Source of the DNA: Azolla caroliniana
Taxonomy: Eukaryota > Plantae > Polypodiophyta
Direction: 5' to 3'
DNA: 64,000 nucleotides
NCBI GenBank assembly: GCA_043228905.1
Contig: JBHGNT010000008.1
Coordinates: forward strand, 8,246,001-8,310,000
Numbering within the stretch: position 1 is the first letter of the stretch; every line of letters begins with the position of its first letter. Positions 62,352 through 64,000 of this stretch are shown in pieces. A program made the position numbers and the translations under genes. The notes under the pieces are model-generated. The model was not told the origin of the DNA. It ran no database searches and worked only from the letters and a program-made list of their open reading frames with translations.

Positions 62352-64000
62352 GTGTGTTCCTCGTTCCATTCGAACTTACGCCTCTTTTTCAGCAACCCGT
62401 AGAGCGGTTCCGCGACGTGCGCGTAATGCGGAATCCAAATGTGGTAGAACACGCACGCACCGAGGAACCTCCGAACCTCTGTAACTGACTTGCATTCTTC
62501 CTTCATCACGGAGATGCCTCCACCTTTGCTAGAGACAGTTTCCGGCCGTAAGGCCCGCACGAGTGTCCAACCACCAAGATTTCGGATTGCCCGAAAGCCG
62601 ACTTCTCTCCAGAGAAGGTGAGGCGCGCACTCTCGAGCCTTCGTAGTACCTTCTTGCAGTCGTCGATGTGGTTCGCCACGAACCTCCGACATCCGTCCGG
62701 CCCGACCGATTCATCCTTATCTTCCACTTGATTAGAATGTCGTCCAAGAATGACATGGTGACGTCCGGGATGCAGTCCCTCAGCACCTTGTTCATTGCAT
62801 TCACCATGTGCGCCACCGAGTTGGTCCCCCCTTGCGGCAAGGTACACATCCACACTAAGCCGAGGGGAGTCCGCATTGTCGTAATATCCCTACTCTCTAC
62901 GGCTAGTTGGAATTGGTCGTATCCTGAGTACAGATCACCAACCGAATAGATCGACCTTCCAGCGAAGGCTTCCGCGAACTCATCAATGGTCGGCCCGATT
63001 CCCGCGTTTTGAATTGGCACTTTATTGACCGGTTGCAGGTCTTGAATGAAGCGCAACGTGCCGTTCTTCTTCGGCACCGTAAACCACCAATTTGAATACG
63101 GGGCACTCAACGGCTCGAGGATGCCCATCTCCACCTTCTACTTCAATAGCCCCATCAGCTTCAGGATGTGAGCTCTGGGTACCGGAATTGGCTAAAGGTT
63201 CCACGGTACATGCGGTACTGTGAAGATAACCATCAGCTCCACGATTGTCGGGTCCACGCACCCGATCTCCTCTAGTGAGAATGCGAAGGCCTTCCCTTGC
63301 CTCTCGAGCATCCTCTGAAACCGGTCCTCCTCCACCGGCAGTAGAAAGCCACCCCCACCGATCCTGAGCTCCCGTAGCGTCTCGTCGGTAAACCAGTGCC
63401 CTATGCCAGCCAAATTCCGCAAACTTGGGTCTGACGCGACCCCCTTCATCCGCTCCTCGCTGCCCTCCAGTAAGGGTGTCGTGACTGACCTCACCTTCCG
63501 GTCCACATTCTTGTACCTCGTGTCCACGCGGGCCGTCCTATTCGACCCAACCTTCTCCCCAAAGTCTGCAATGACTTCGTACATTTCAACGGAACCGACC
63601 GGAATCAACCGGTCTTCATTCAGGCCTTCTTCGAAAACCTTCCCGATCTCTCCAAGGGTGTCGTCGAATGAGACCGCCTCCACGGCACCGCTAATCTCAT
63701 TGATGGAGCTAAGGGCCCCGCACGCCCTAAGATGCTCCTCAACCCTCTTCTTTTCCCAGCCACCGACGTCGATTATCATACAACCTCCGTTGTCGGAGAA
63801 CCAAAATTTTCTACCTATGGTACATGTGTGGGGTTTCTCCGGGGTGTCTGGACTATCGCGGCCCCACGCCTTGATAGCCCTCTCTAAAAATCCCATTGGC
63901 CATCACTGCTAAGGGTCTCGCGGTTGCGCTCGTGGTTTGGTCGTACAATAAAAAATTGGACGAAGTGATGGCCGTCTTGGCTCTTCACCCATGCGTACGC
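62352..64000 (-). mobile_element. Gypsy (same family) protease end, frameshift site and RT; runs off the window
   Basis: ORFs 63192-63896, 62529-63134 (GDLYSGYDQF, FLDDI), 62072-62692 (VRRFLGAC..KFEWNEEH). Confidence 0.9.

Overview
This window has no recognisable host gene. It is a heavily nested cluster of plant retroelements, probably from a non-seed land plant such as a bryophyte (inference from the lineages present). Contents: at least five Ty1/copia copies, including a near-intact Tork/Tnt1-like element at 50883-56204 and a full-length degenerate copy at 7483-14054 carrying a solo LTR; five pieces of a tRNA-Trp-primed Ty3/gypsy family (Phygy/Selgy-like, tentative); an Athila-like gypsy family with a long extra ORF (39440-50842, plus an internally deleted relative at 3733-5810); a chromovirus 3' end; and three APE-type LINE fragments. 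Most notable: (1) the Athila-like family has no polypurine tract before its 3' LTR. Two diverged copies instead carry an identical sense copy of the tRNA-Arg(UCU) 3' end including CCA, in a covarying hairpin, which suggests tRNA priming of both cDNA strands. (2) A G_GAU_UUU slippery site with a predicted pseudoknot is conserved between protease and RT in five gypsy copies. (3) The extra ORF is conserved between subfamilies and has a PMD/Transposase_32-like N-terminus and a coiled coil. tRNA identities and lineage names are from recall and were not database-checked. Boundaries lacking a TSD are approximate.
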